A DNA stretch of 64,000 bases from Octopus vulgaris (taxonomy: Eukaryota). Position 1 is the stretch's first letter. Every line of letters starts with the position of its first letter. Under the pieces are notes generated by a model, which was not told the DNA's origin, made no database searches, and saw only the letters and a list, made by a program, of their open reading frames with translations. Location of the stretch: the NCBI GenBank assembly GCA_951406725.2, contig OX597819.1:35836001-35900000 (forward strand), given 5' to 3'. Below are positions 17,904 through 30,802 of the stretch, in pieces. A program made the position numbers and the translations under genes.

Positions 17904-18465
17904 TGTGCATACCTTCCTTCTTGTGACACTTGTGAAGACCTGTTGAGGCAAGTGAAAATCAAAACAAATCAAAATAGATGAACATCAATGGAATTTGTAT
18001 CTTTGTGGTACCAGTGCCGGTGGCACGTGGCACACAAGAAAACCATCCGAACGTGGCCGTAGCCAGTACCGCATCGACTGGCCTCCGTGCTGTGGGCACG
18101 TAACAAACACCATCCGATCGTGGCCGTTTGCCAGCCTCATCTGGCACCTGTGTCGGTGGCACATAAAAACACCATCCGAGCGTGGCCGTCTGCCAGCCTC
18201 GTCTGGCACCTGTGTCGGTGGCACATAAAAAACACCATCCGAGCGTGGCCGTTTGCCAGCCTCGTCTGGCACCTGTGTCGGTGGCACATAAAATCACCCA
18301 CTACACTCTCGGAGTGGTTGGCGTTAGGAAGGGCATCCAGCTGTAGAAACACTGCCAGATCTGACTGGACTGGTGCAGCTTTCGGGCTCCCCAGACCCCA
18401 GTTGAACCGTCCAACCCATGCTAGCATGGAAAGCGGACGTTAAATGATGATGATGATGATGATGA
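17904..18465 (+). mobile_element. RTE-family 3' fragment, nearly identical to 6785-7344
   Basis: Identical ORF translation at 6966 and 18087, (GAT)n tail and TA flanks. Confidence 0.9.
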
Positions 18466-18479
18466 TATATATACACACT

Positions 18480-18811
18480 CAAGCAATTGTGTTAGCGAAA
18501 CGGAGATCATCAGAAAGAAGTCCGGTGTGTGGGATGTCATCGTAGAGTATACACGCAGCAAGTTTAGATGGGCTGGACAATCGCCCGGCTCACCGATAAT
18601 CAGTGGACCCGTGCAGTTGTCAAGTGGTACCCATGCGAGCAGAAACGACCACCCGGAGGGCCTCCACGACGGTGGAGTTATGATTTCAGGTGGACGATTG
18701 GGATAACGTGGATGAGAAAGGCAAAATCCATTGAGGAGTGGACAGTGTGCTGTGACCAACAGTGTCAAATGGACGCCTGACGGACTGGTCAGTCAAGGTG
18801 ATCAAGGCGAT
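18480..18811 (+). pseudogene. 3' fragment of a second RTE-clade LINE
   Basis: IRKKSGVWDVIVEYTRSKFRWAG / IARLTDNQWTRAVVKWYP..KRPPGGPPRRW; tail GTCAAGGTGATCAAGGCGAT. Confidence 0.85.
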
Positions 18812-19124
18812 ATATATATATATATATATATATACTTGGTAAAGGATGCATGGCGTTCGATAATATAATAATATAAATAATATATAAATATATGCATATA
18901 TACATACATATATGTACATACCTACATATGTATGTATATATACATGCATATATGGGTACAGGACATCAAAAAAGGTTGAACACAATGAGAAACGAAAACA
19001 TAAAAACAAAAACATAGAAACAAACTTTTTTTCAAACAATGAAAAAAAACAGAGAAATAAGACATACAACACAAGGAATATTCCCCTTCTTCAGTTGTCC
19101 CTGTTTCATCTACTCCATATCATC

Positions 19125-19210
<86 letters not shown>

Positions 19211-19216
<6 letters not shown>

Positions 19217-20944
19217 CCAACAACTCAAGGGCTTACTAGCGATAGTCAAACAATTCAGTGATGACATCAGAATGCAATTCGGCCTCGATAAATGTGCAAA
19301 AGCTAAAGGAAAAATGACTGAAACATCTAACGTTAACCTTGACCAGCAGAATGTCATAAAAGAACTAGACCCAGCAGAGAGCTACAAGTACCTAGGGGTA
19401 ATTGAAGGGAACAGAATAAGGCATTCAGAGATGAAGGAAAGGATCAGGAGAGAATGTTATTGAAGAGTGAGAGCAATACTCAAGACAGAGCTGAATGCAA
19501 GAAACAGGATCGAAGCGATCAATGCATTAGCCATACCAGTCGTGACTTACAGTTTCAATATCGTTAACTGGTCAATTACTGAAATATGTCAGCTCGACAG
19601 AAAAATATGAAAACTGTTGACAGTGCATAGAATGCACCAGCCTAAGGCAGATACAGAATGACTTTATCTGCCAAGAAAAGAGGGAGGCCGTGGTCTTTTA
19701 CAACTGGCAATAACAATGAAGATTGCTACAATTGGCCTAGACACCTACCTGAAAAAGTCTGAGGACTTGTCTCAAAACATGAAAACAAGAAAGCATCATA
19801 CTCAGTAACAAAACAGGCAAAGGAATATCTAAGTGAATTCCAAATACAACAAATTTCGGAATTGAAGATAGACATACAAGAAACAAGCACAGAAAAAGCT
19901 AGGCGCATGGAAACCCGTGCCAAAACTGCGACCTTAGATATTCTGAATAATAACTGGCAAGAAAAACCTCTCTATGGCAAATACCCAAAGAGAGTGAATA
20001 ATGTAGATATTGACAAAGCCCTGACCCATCAATGGCTAATGGCCTCTGGCTTAAAATCTGAAACAGGAGGGTTTATCAATGCCTACCAACAAGAAACTAC
20101 CAAGATCAATGCCTACCAACAAGAAACTACCAGGCCAACATATTAAAGAACGGCAGTAGCCCAACATGTCGTGTATGCCGACAACAAAATGAAACCATTG
20201 ATCATGTTGTCTCCAAATGCAGTCTTCTAGCGCCTACAGAGTACCTCAACAGGCATGATAGAGCTGCACAATATATTCACTGGGTAATTTGCAAAAACCT
20301 GGATTTGCCCCATGAAAAAAACTGGTGGGAACACAATCCACCTCCAGTGCTTGAAAATGACCACATCTCACTCCTCTGGAACTTCACCATTCAAACTGAC
20401 AGAAAGATAGATGCAAATAGGCCAGACATCATATTGAAAGACTTCAGACAAAGAACATGTCTCCTCATTGATATGACTGTCCCAATCGATATAAACGTAT
20501 CTGTCAAAACCTACCAAAAACTGAGCAAATATAAAGATCTTGAAATAGAAATCAGCAAAATGTGGAACCTGAAAACTAAAACAATACCTGTTGTCATAGG
20601 TGCCCTGGGAATGATAGCGAAAGTGACTGATTGCTACCTAACTCAGATACCAGGAAACCCCAAAATAGCAGAAATTCAAAAGATAGTGCTCATGGGAGCT
20701 GTTCATATCCTACGCAAAATACTCTCTATGTAATCCCAAGGTTTATAACAAACTTTTTTTTAAAAATTTATTTATTAGACATTCACTAGTACAACACCAA
20801 AAAAAAACCCCAAATATATGGCACACTAGGCATAACAACAACGTGAACTTCCAACCTGTTGTCTCTTGAGGTCTCTGGGTGAGACATGGAGCCAACTTGT
20901 ACAGACATAAAGCAAAAGTCAAACATAGAATAATAATAATAATA
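19211..20944 (+). mobile_element. 5'-truncated Dong/R4-clade non-LTR retrotransposon (RT C-terminus, CCHC knuckle, restriction-like endonuclease); pseudogene
   Basis: FSDDIRMQFGLDKCAK, YKYLG, CRVCRQQNETIDHVVSKC..RHD, RPDIILKD..LLIDMTVP..KLSKY. Several CGA>TGA stops; (AAT)n on both sides. Confidence 0.92.
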
Positions 20945-21657
20945 CGACGAAATATTATTCCAAACTTACAGGGAAAAATTCAATTTAGAAATACTAAATC
21001 AAATTTCACAAAATATAATAGATATATATATATATATAAATTCACTGACAAAAAGAGTGTTTTTTTTTCTAATTTATATATATATGTTTTTTTCTTCTAA
21101 AGTCGGTATTTCAGTATATGTAGTTAACTAAATATAAAATCCTAGATTAATACTAGATTAACTGTCCCAGATTTTGAATTACCTTGACTGAGTTACTTTC
21201 AAATTATATTCATACATACATACATACATACATACATTGTAAACAAACACCTGAGTTGACCTAATTTACAGATTTAACAATAATGTATGGTTGACAATTG
21301 AAACATCACATGGCTTAATCTATCAGTCACACAGTCAGTCTGTCTGCCTGTCTCTCTGACACTCAGGTTGTCTGTCTATCTGTCTTAAAATATGTGTACA
21401 TGCCTGTGTATGCACACAGACACACAGACATACACACACACACATACACACACAGAGTTTGCTTCCCAACTATGTGGCTTTTCAGGTTTAGTTCCATTGT
21501 GTGCCACCTTTGGTAGGCGTTTTCTACTGTAGCCCATGGCTAATCAAATCTTTGTCAGTGAATTTGATGAGCAGAAACTGAAAGATGTCTTTCATATATG
21601 TGGGGTGTGTGTATACATACATACATATATATATCTATATATCTATCTATCTATCTA

Positions 21658-21693
<36 letters not shown>

Positions 21694-21733
21694 GACACAT
21701 ACATATATATACATACATACATACATACATACA

Positions 21734-23465
21734 TCTGTCATGTATATTAAAAGGCAAGTTGTCTGTGTGTGTGTGTGTTGTGTGAATCACTTCTGCTCCT
21801 ACAATTTTCCACCGAATTTCATCAAATTTGACATGTGTGCTTTCTTTGACTTAGGACGCCTTTTCTTATAACTTTCTCCTTGAAATACCGTGCCCCCAAC
21901 ATAAATAAACTAGTCTCAATTCGCCTAGGATTTGAACCCACCACATAGATGCAACGGTATGCATTTTATCTTATATATTAAAAGGCAAGTTGTCTGTCTG
22001 TGTGTGTATTGTGTGAACCACTTCTCCTTCACTTTTCAACTGAATTTCACCAAATTTGACATATGTGCTCTCTTTGACTTAGGATGCTTTTTCTTATAAT
22101 TTTTGCCTTGAAATTCTGCTCCCCCAATATAAATAGACTACTCTCAATTCACCTAGGATTTGGCCTGAGCCAGTGAAAAAATGTGACACACACCCAGCTG
22201 GAAAAAATCAATACTTTACTTTGTCAGCTGTGGTGAGCTCTTTTTGACTGCTTGCACAGTACTGCCAGCAGTATTCCTTAGTGAGTTATGATTTGCCTCT
22301 GTTTTCATGTGAGCACTCTTTTTCATATAATTATTCCAACTTAAACTAGCCTCTTCAAAACTCTTACCCAAAATTAAAAATCCTTAATTCAGTCTGTTTG
22401 ATTAACATTTGTGCCAGCTACATTTTACTACTTTTTGGGTGCTACACATTCACCACTTTTAACTTAGAACTTTTTCTACTGTGTAAACTGATAATTTACA
22501 ACCATGCGTCGATGCAAAAGATCCAATATAGGTCAGCAAACAAATGCTACAAAGAAAAGTAAATGTATGTGTGCAAATGAATCTCCCGAGGACACTACCA
22601 GGAGGAACTCTCTCAATGCACTTAGGATGGCTTCAGTGCAAAGAAGGGAAAGGAAAGAGCAGCATTGTGATTGGTTAGCACGTATTGCTGTGCAACAAGC
22701 AATATTCAGCATGCCGAACAAGAAATACTTCCTCTACTGCTGCTGCATGAGCTTCAGAGACTGCAGCACAATGTGCAGATTGACTTACAAGAGATGCTGC
22801 AGCAACTGCTGTTGCATGTGTTGCAAAGACTGCAGCACAATGTGCAGATTGACTTACAAGAGATGCTGCAGCAACTGCTGCTGTGCACACTACAGAGACT
22901 ACAGGGGAAAGACAACAACGGATGTTGGTCTATGTGGCAAACAGGAAAACATCATGTAATCATACCCTTGTCACCTTATTTATTTCATTAGTGTAATCTT
23001 CACAGCATGCTCTCCGTTAAGTATCCCCAATTGTGATATAGGCAACAGATACTACACTTTTCATCTTTTTTGCACAGGCCACATGTTTAATTTTTTTATT
23101 CAGGTAATATTGTATGTGCAACTCAGTGAAACAGCAGGTAAATATACTATTTCTCTTTATGTCATATCTTTAGGCTCAACCTTTCCATCTGCTAAACGGC
23201 ACATGTCAGTTATGTGGTAAGGAAAATGAACTCAATTACTACCAGTTTTTTACAGATTGACCTACTGTCCCAATGGAAAACAATGACAATGGTGTGGGTG
23301 TATGACTTGCATGTTCACTATTGCGCTAAATAAATCAAACAATGCAGGCAACATCTGCCATTATGATTTCTTTCATTCAGTTCAGAGGTGCATCCGTGAA
23401 TGGTCTAATAACCAAACAGGCATACTTAACAAACAGCCCTGGGCAACACCAGGTACATTTGGTAG
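21734..23465 (+). mobile_element. Non-autonomous Helitron with duplicated 5' end and RepHel N-terminal relic
   Basis: A|TC start, repeated at 21969. ATG at 22504 gives MRRCKRSNIG. 3' hairpin CCTGGGCAACACCAGG (23438-23453) is followed by GTAG|T. Confidence 0.7.
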
Positions 23466-23962
23466 TATATATATAAAACTGAGAATGTGTGTGTGTGTGC
23501 ATCTCTAATATTTGAGAACTACCCACCCCGTTTCATTCAAATTTTACATATGCATTACTTAGGGTTCACGCAGTTTCATGGGCCAAAAATGTTCAACTTC
23601 TTGCTTAATGCGAGTCCAGACTAATCTCTTGTCTCTTACACTATGTCAGTATTACATGTCAAAAGTGAAACCATAACATCTCTATTGTAATGTGAGATAA
23701 TTTTAGTTTAATAGTTTTACTATTAATACTGAAACTATTAAAATGAGACTACTATCTCACATATATACCTGCATATATATATACATACATACATACTAGC
23801 AGAGGCAACCAGTGTTGCCTGGGAATGAAATTTTTCCTTACATATTGGAAGAAAAAGCCAAATATGTTGTATAGAAATTTGTTATTCTAAATTCAATTTA
23901 TTCTTCAATTGGGATACAATTTATTATTTAATTGGGAAGTCAATTCTGAATTCATAATACAA

Positions 23963-24060
<98 letters not shown>

Positions 24061-24062
24061 TG

Positions 24063-24120
<58 letters not shown>

Positions 24121-24125
24121 TAATA
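23963..24125. repeat. (AAT)n microsatellite
   Basis: Direct reading; source of the poly-Asn ORF. Confidence 0.95.
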
Positions 24126-24249
24126 AACGAAAATAAAAAAAATTTACCCCTTTATGAAAGGAGATAAATTTCTACCACATATGTTGAAGGAAATTATGTA
24201 AGAGCTTCTGGTTAAACAACTTTGTTTTCTGGTTTGGAGCATAAACAAA

Positions 24250-25470
24250 TAAATGTTGCAAACTACCTACCCTGGAGCAACCAACAAAATTGACCGTGAG
24301 AAAAGCAAGCCGTGAGATTTCAAAGACTGACCTTGAGTTTTATTAATAGAAATTGCAAAGCAAAGTCGCACTGGAAATTGTGTTCGTTTGAACTCAAAGG
24401 GCATGTCTGTTGGTTTGATTGGAATTCTTGGAATGAAAACCTCTTCCCCAGAGACACATCCAGTGATGATGGTAGCTTCTGTCACATTAGGTGATAATGT
24501 CGTCACAATCAACTATTGCATAATTTAGGAGGATCTAAATTTCTTAGAAGCGTTATTGGGACTCCTACCTTCAGAAAAAGTTTATGTGGAGGAATTCCAG
24601 GTGGCTCAAGAGAATTAAGGAACTTTGTTGGGTAATGGTCAGCTTGATTTTCACCAAGGACTGAATCAACTGAGTTGTACTTGTTAATGATTATTGGAAT
24701 TTTATTCATTAATTCATGGTTAATCCTTGCTACTGTTTCATTTTTTGGAGCAAGAATTGCCCTTTCATACGACCATTTATGTGAATTATAATTATTACTT
24801 AAGTCTGGAAATGCCTTGTTCTTCAGTTCAGCTGGGTAATTCACTATGATAGCAATATGAGCCAAATTGATATCACCATTCCCATCAAATGGTACTTTCC
24901 CATTTCCTAATTGGAGGAACCAGGTTGAAAACTGCTTTGCACATTGGTCCCCATATAATAAAGCTCGCACATTAGTATTGAAGGAGAATTTCAGTACTTT
25001 ATTCCATAGGTGTGAAGACTTAATGCATGCTTTTATTTCATCAGATCTTTTTCATATCAGAATGACTGGTAATGTCTGTCTGAAGTCTCCTGATAAAACT
25101 AACATAACTCCTCCCATGGATTTGTTGTTGCTTCTGATGTCCTGTAAGATCTTACCAAGAGCTTCCATTGCACCTCTATGTGATATGGAGCATTCATCCC
25201 AAATGGTAAGGTGGTATTCACACAACATTTCTTCTGAACCTGAATCTTTGCTTATGTTACAAATTGGACTGTCATTTGTGATCAGGTTTAGCGGTAATTT
25301 AAAAGTTCATCTTCCTGGGAGAATAATGGCAGCAAAGTCAGACAATGGTACAGCAGCTGCAAATTTTTTTTGTCGCCTTACTTTGGAGATAAGCAATGTT
25401 ACAAATATTTTACCTGCGTCACCAGGAGCATCAAGAAAGAAAATTCCTCTGCATTTTTCTGATGATTGTG
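24250..25470 (-). pseudogene. Helitron PIF1-family helicase, fragmented
   Basis: IFFLDAPGDAGK, IWDECS, SGDFRQTLPVI, RAILAPKN, LKVGVPITLLRNL, RTQFPVRLCFAISINKTQGQSL, spread across several frames. Confidence 0.92.
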
Positions 25471-25645
25471 GAATGCCACGCGCGCGCGCGCGCACACACA
25501 CACACACACATATAGATACAATATCAATCATCAGATGAAATGGACGTGTGTGTGTGAAAGAGAGAGAGAGAGAGAAAGTGAAGGGGTGTGTTGTCATATA
25601 TACATACATAAATAGGCATACATCTTTCTTGTATGTTTGTCTGTA

Positions 25646-25687
<42 letters not shown>

Positions 25688-25736
25688 TGAGTGCCACTTA
25701 GACATCACTCAGAGAGAGTGTGCCACTTTGACATCA

Positions 25737-25770
<34 letters not shown>

Positions 25771-26103
25771 TACATACAAAAAAGATGTATTCATATGTAT
25801 TTATGTATGTACGAATGCATAACAACACACCCGTTCACTCACTCACACACAGACACACACACACACCGTACATGAATGTATACAAACGTACATACAAAAA
25901 CACGTGTGTGTGTGTGTGTGACTGACTAGAAATACATAGAGCTGAACACGGTGTGAAAAAGAAAATAAATAAAATAATTTTACGTAAAGTAATGGTGTGT
26001 GCAAGTTCCAGCAAAATAATGCCCATATATTTTTATCGCTGCCTGTTGAATTGCAAAATTTGAACGTGATATTTGTGTAATAAAGAAATCAAACCTGGAG
26101 TGA

Positions 26104-26181
<78 letters not shown>

Positions 26182-27361
26182 GAGAGAGAACATTGCAAAC
26201 GATGAATGGGATGGACATGGAATGAAAAAATCGTATAAATAAAAGCAAGTTGAAAAGTATCTTGTACTGAATATTTAAATTTGTGAACTTAGTAAATATT
26301 TCTTTCAGTAATTTATCATAGTTGTTTACAAATAGAAAATTAAAACTTGAAATGAAAGCATTAAAATTAGATAGGGACAGGCTTCGTCATTTTTATGTCA
26401 ATACCGGAAGTTGAGATTGAGAAACCTTTTTAAAGAAGTGAATGTAATCTTATAATATTCCAAGGTATATTTGCAGAGAATTTCATTAAAAAGTATCCAT
26501 TTTCTTGAAAGTTAAGACGAATTGAAGTAAACTCATTTATCTGAAAGTTATGATCATCAAACTTTGTTTGGGGGCGGGGCGCAGAAATCTGTAGTTATGC
26601 TAAGTTTGACACTTTCCTTCTACGCATGGTTATATATTTATACAGAAATACACGAGTGCAGAAGATAGTAAACAATGAAAATAACTTGGTAACGGAAATT
26701 ATGTTTCTTTATACGACAGGCAGAAAGTAAATAGGAAATTTTAAGGGTTGAAGCGAAATTTGTCACTCAGTGAACCAATGAACCAGTATCGAAGGAACCA
26801 GAAAGAAACTGTCAACAACAGAAAAGCACAACACCGTACGGATTGAAGTAAAATTTATAAAGATACTTCTGTCAGTAAATTATGAAATTACTTACGTCAG
26901 TAATTGTGAACTTCTTTCTGTCAGTAATTTGTTGTTGTTTGTAAATAGCGATTCAAAACTTAAACTTACAGTGAAAACAGTAACATGAAGGTTAAACAAT
27001 AGCGTATAAAAATTGAAAGTGAAAAGAACAGCGTCTGGAAAATGAAAGTGAAAACAAGCGATATAGATAGAGAGATATGTTACAGAGAGATAGAGATAGA
27101 TCGAGAGAGATGGATAGAGAGATGTACATAAAGAGATATATTACGTTACTGACGCTAGAAAACTGGAAGTCAATATTTAAAAAAATCTATGAAAGACATA
27201 AATGTAATATAAAAAGCAATATTTTTCATTTAAAAAAATCTTTAATAAAAAATTAAATGAAGGCTCTACTAAGCGTCAGAGGTAAAATTATTCATGCATC
27301 ACAAGTCCGGAAGTAATCGGTGAAAACATTTTCGCATGAAAAGTGAATACGCACAAATCTC

Positions 27362-27400
<39 letters not shown>

Positions 27401-27446
27401 TAAAACGGTAAGATAACAAAAGAAAGAAAGAGACCTCAATATTATG

Positions 27447-27503
<57 letters not shown>

Positions 27504-28239
27504 TTCTTTTTGGGATTTAGTTTGCAAGATTCTTTATGTGAGTTCGTGCGTTGAAGCATATTCTGTTGTGTCTGAGGAGAGTCATTCTCTTTTAGTGCCT
27601 TATAATTTAACACACTCACCGGTAAAATTTCCGCTTACTTCTTTTTTATTTTTCTAAAATTTTCGTTGCGTTTTGCAACCTTTTCAATAGTTTTGACTCT
27701 GTCCGTTATTCACACTGCGTTCGTGCTTGTTTGTTTGTGCGCTGAAAATCCATTCATTTAACAACATAGAAACAAAGAGGTAGGTAACAATTTGTCAGTG
27801 AATTACACAGTGTAAATGAATAAAATTTAGGAGGCCAGGGTAGTTGATTCCACGCAAAAAATCCGACTTTTTTTTTCTTGCAAGTGCGAGTGTTATCTAG
27901 AAACTTGCCTGGAGTTTTCAGGGTAAATTTGAGATTTAAAAAAATGTTCTCCGTATTTTTCCATGCACATTGAAAAATAGATGGTGAAAAGATCAATGGG
28001 TATGGGGAGTGAAATTTCCGAGGTTTCCACCCCACCACACCCCGCCCTGTTTTTCGGACCACAAAAAGGGTTTTGTAGCATATTGGGAGGCCAGGGTAGT
28101 TGATCCCACGCAAAAAATCCGATTTTTGTTTCTTAGTGAAAATCGTGCAAGTGTCAGTCTAAAAATTTAATCTAAAATCGTTTTCCCATTCATTTCTGTT
28201 TATGAAATTCTCTGTACGTAATGTTGCTTTCTCGGTGGT

Positions 28240-29290
28240 CAAGGCAAATGATGACTGGCAAAGCAACAGTACCCTAATGCTGACATTGGATACAATGACC
28301 TGATCTACAATAATGCGCTGATTGAAATCGAGGATGCCTTGCTCAAAATGGGTGGGGCAGCGTTGAACACATTCGGTTTGCCATCCTCATTGCGACAGGA
28401 CGTTAACACACTCCCACCAAAGTTACTTTCGGAGTTGTCGTATGACGCTGATGGCCTTGCGGAGTACCTGAGAATAGATGAACCGAAATTGCTCCCTGAT
28501 TAGAGGCTGGTGTATGAAACTGTCGTCAGTGCCGTTGAAAAACAGGTGGGCGGCATTTTTTTCCTCGATGCTGCTAGAGGTACTGGCAAATCCTTTGTAA
28601 CACCATTAATACTTGCTAAGATTCGTCGCAAGAAACAAATTGCGCTAGCCGTTGCTTCCTCAGGAATCGCTGCTACGTTATTACCAGGAGGTAGGACAAC
28701 GCACTCGGCATTCAAACTGCCTTTATATTTGGTGAGGGCCGAGGTTCCTACTTGCAACATTGGCAAAAATTCAGAGGAAGCTGAAGTTCTTAGACAGTGC
28801 CGTCTCATTGTATGGGACGAATGCACAATGACCAATAAGGGTGCCTTTGAAGCATTGGACCGGTCACTGAAAGGTACCAAGGATTCTACAGCTTCTAAGG
28901 GTGGTGTAACTCTATTGCTTTCAGGAGATTTCCGGCAAACCCTTCCTGTCATCCCTAAAGGGAGCCGGGTTGATGAAGTGCGTGCTTGCCTTAAGTCATC
29001 CACGTTGTGGCTCCAGGTTAAGACCTTAAGCCTAAGCACAAACATGCGTGCGCACTTGCTTGGTGATAGAACGTCTGCAGCATTTGCTGAAGACATTTTA
29101 GCCCTTGGAGAAGGCAAGGTCCCTAGGAATGATAGGGGTGACATATCCATCTCTGAACTGTGCAACACTGTAGACAACCCTTTCGATCTCTTGCAAACAG
29201 TGTTCCCCAATCTGGAAATAGTGTTCCCCAATCTGCAGGCATCATTTGGCTCAGTGAAAGAACCATACTGACAACGTAGCTGTCAGCGCT
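28240..29290 (+). pseudogene. Second Helitron PIF1 helicase fragment
   Basis: ORF 28510-29271: FFLDAARGTGKS, AVASSGIAATLLPGGRTTHSAFKLP, IVWDECTM, LLSGDFRQTLPVI, LSTNMR; truncated. Confidence 0.92.
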
Positions 29291-29385
29291 ATCTAATCAT
29301 CATCCTCATCTATGTTCCATACTGGAATGGTTTAGGCAAATATTTATATAGGTGTGGCTGAGTGTGTGTGTGATACCTACATCTG

Positions 29386-29456
<71 letters not shown>

Positions 29457-30124
29457 CGGAAAATTTAAAACAGAGGGTTACCTACTTGCAAACAAATGTG
29501 GTAACATGTAACATTATTGATCGAGGTTACTGTGGTCTTTTCCGTAGGCTTTTCGTCCCACGGATAAACCTTATCTGCTTCACCCTTTTCACTTTACATC
29601 ATGACACTGTGATACGCGATCCCTATTGATAATTCTTTTTTTCTATTTTTGACTGTTGACTGTTCATCAATCCCTCAAACAGTTCTTAACAATAGGAGAC
29701 ACAGAAACATCATTTTTAGCCTGAACACCCTATATCTATCTCTTTATCTCTGTACTTGTTTCTTTGTCTGTCTGTCTGTCTGACTGTCTCTCTCTACCTG
29801 TTTGTCTGTCTTTGTCTCTTTCTCACTCTCTTCACACACATGTGTGATATGCGTAAGAGTGCGGATGTGTGTGTGTGCGTGTGTTTTGGTGGGTGTTGGG
29901 TGTGTGCTTATGTTAATGTTAAGGTTGTTAAGTTAAATTATAAAGAACACAAGAACTTTTCAGCAAAGTCATCTACCTACCTCTCTACTACACTCCTACT
30001 CAGTGACTTACTGACCTCGCTAGTACTACTTGCTCTAATTACCATGAAAAGAGTGTCCTACACACTCTGTAGAAGTAGTTGGTGTAAGGAAGGGCATTCA
30101 TCCAGAGAAACCATGTTAGAACAG

Positions 30125-30531
30125 GGATTTTTTCGGTTTTAACATAATTTCTAGGTAATTTTAAACTTCGTATACTGGTAGAATGTGTTTATAAAACATC
30201 TTTTTCTCTTGGCTTTATTGAAGAAATTCTATAGTTTTTAAGATATTTGTTGTTTTTTTTCTTCAATTTCTGCAATTTCAACCAATCAATGACGTCCATT
30301 GAGGTAAAAAACATTCTGTGCTGTATGAATATGTCCCTCGTTTAAGAAACAGATTGGGTTTATTTACATATGTGAAGAAAAAGAGATACCCTTTCCCCCA
30401 CCCCATAACCCTAACTAACCCTGACCCTAAAACAGATTGAAATGCAATAGATCGATTCTAGGGTCATAATTATGGGTGACAATTTCTTATGACACCGCTA
30501 GAAAAAACTGCCGTTTAAACTGAAAAAATCC
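30125..30531. mobile_element. Non-autonomous DNA transposon with 19-bp TIR and 8-bp TSD, inserted in an old RTE tail
   Basis: TSD TAGAACAG at 30117-30124 and 30532-30539; TIR GGATTTTTTCGGTTTTAAC / GTTTAAACTGAAAAAATCC. Confidence 0.85.
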
Positions 30532-30802
30532 TAGAACAGACACTGGAGCTCAATGCAGTGCACCAACTTGTTAGATCTTGCCAAACAGTCCAACTCATGT
30601 CAGCATGTAAGACAGACAGTCAGTGATGATGATGATGATGACAATAACGATGAGGGTTGATTGGTACGTCATGTTTCAGTTTTTGCAGCTCATTCAGCTG
30701 GTTGAATAAGCAACAAAAGGTGAAAGTTATAAGTCCTGTTCAAACCAATACATACATGAATACTTACAAACGTACATACATGCACATATACGTACATACA
30801 TA

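Larger units (their letters stand above)
23796..27370 (-). mobile_element. Internally deleted Helitron carrying PIF1 helicase relic
   Basis: 3' end CCCAGGCAACACTGG...CTGCTAG|T at 23796-23823 (minus strand). The 5' end is inferred near TATATAATAGAGATTTGTGC (~27370) and is uncertain. Confidence 0.6.

Noticed and set aside
20075-20132. ~29-bp direct repeat in the Dong ORF
   Set aside because: A local duplication that damages an already dead copy; no wider significance is visible.
22671-22991. Coiled-coil-like LQRLQH ORF and Cys-rich ORF at 22504
   Set aside because: These are alternative frames of the decayed 66-bp Helitron repeat.
28510-29271. Host PIF1 gene
   Set aside because: Intronless, truncated, with an upstream in-frame stop and Helitron-type sequence in a Helitron-rich context.
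30401-30430. Interstitial telomere
   Set aside because: Only a few degenerate CCCTAA units, internal to a TIR/TSD-bounded element.
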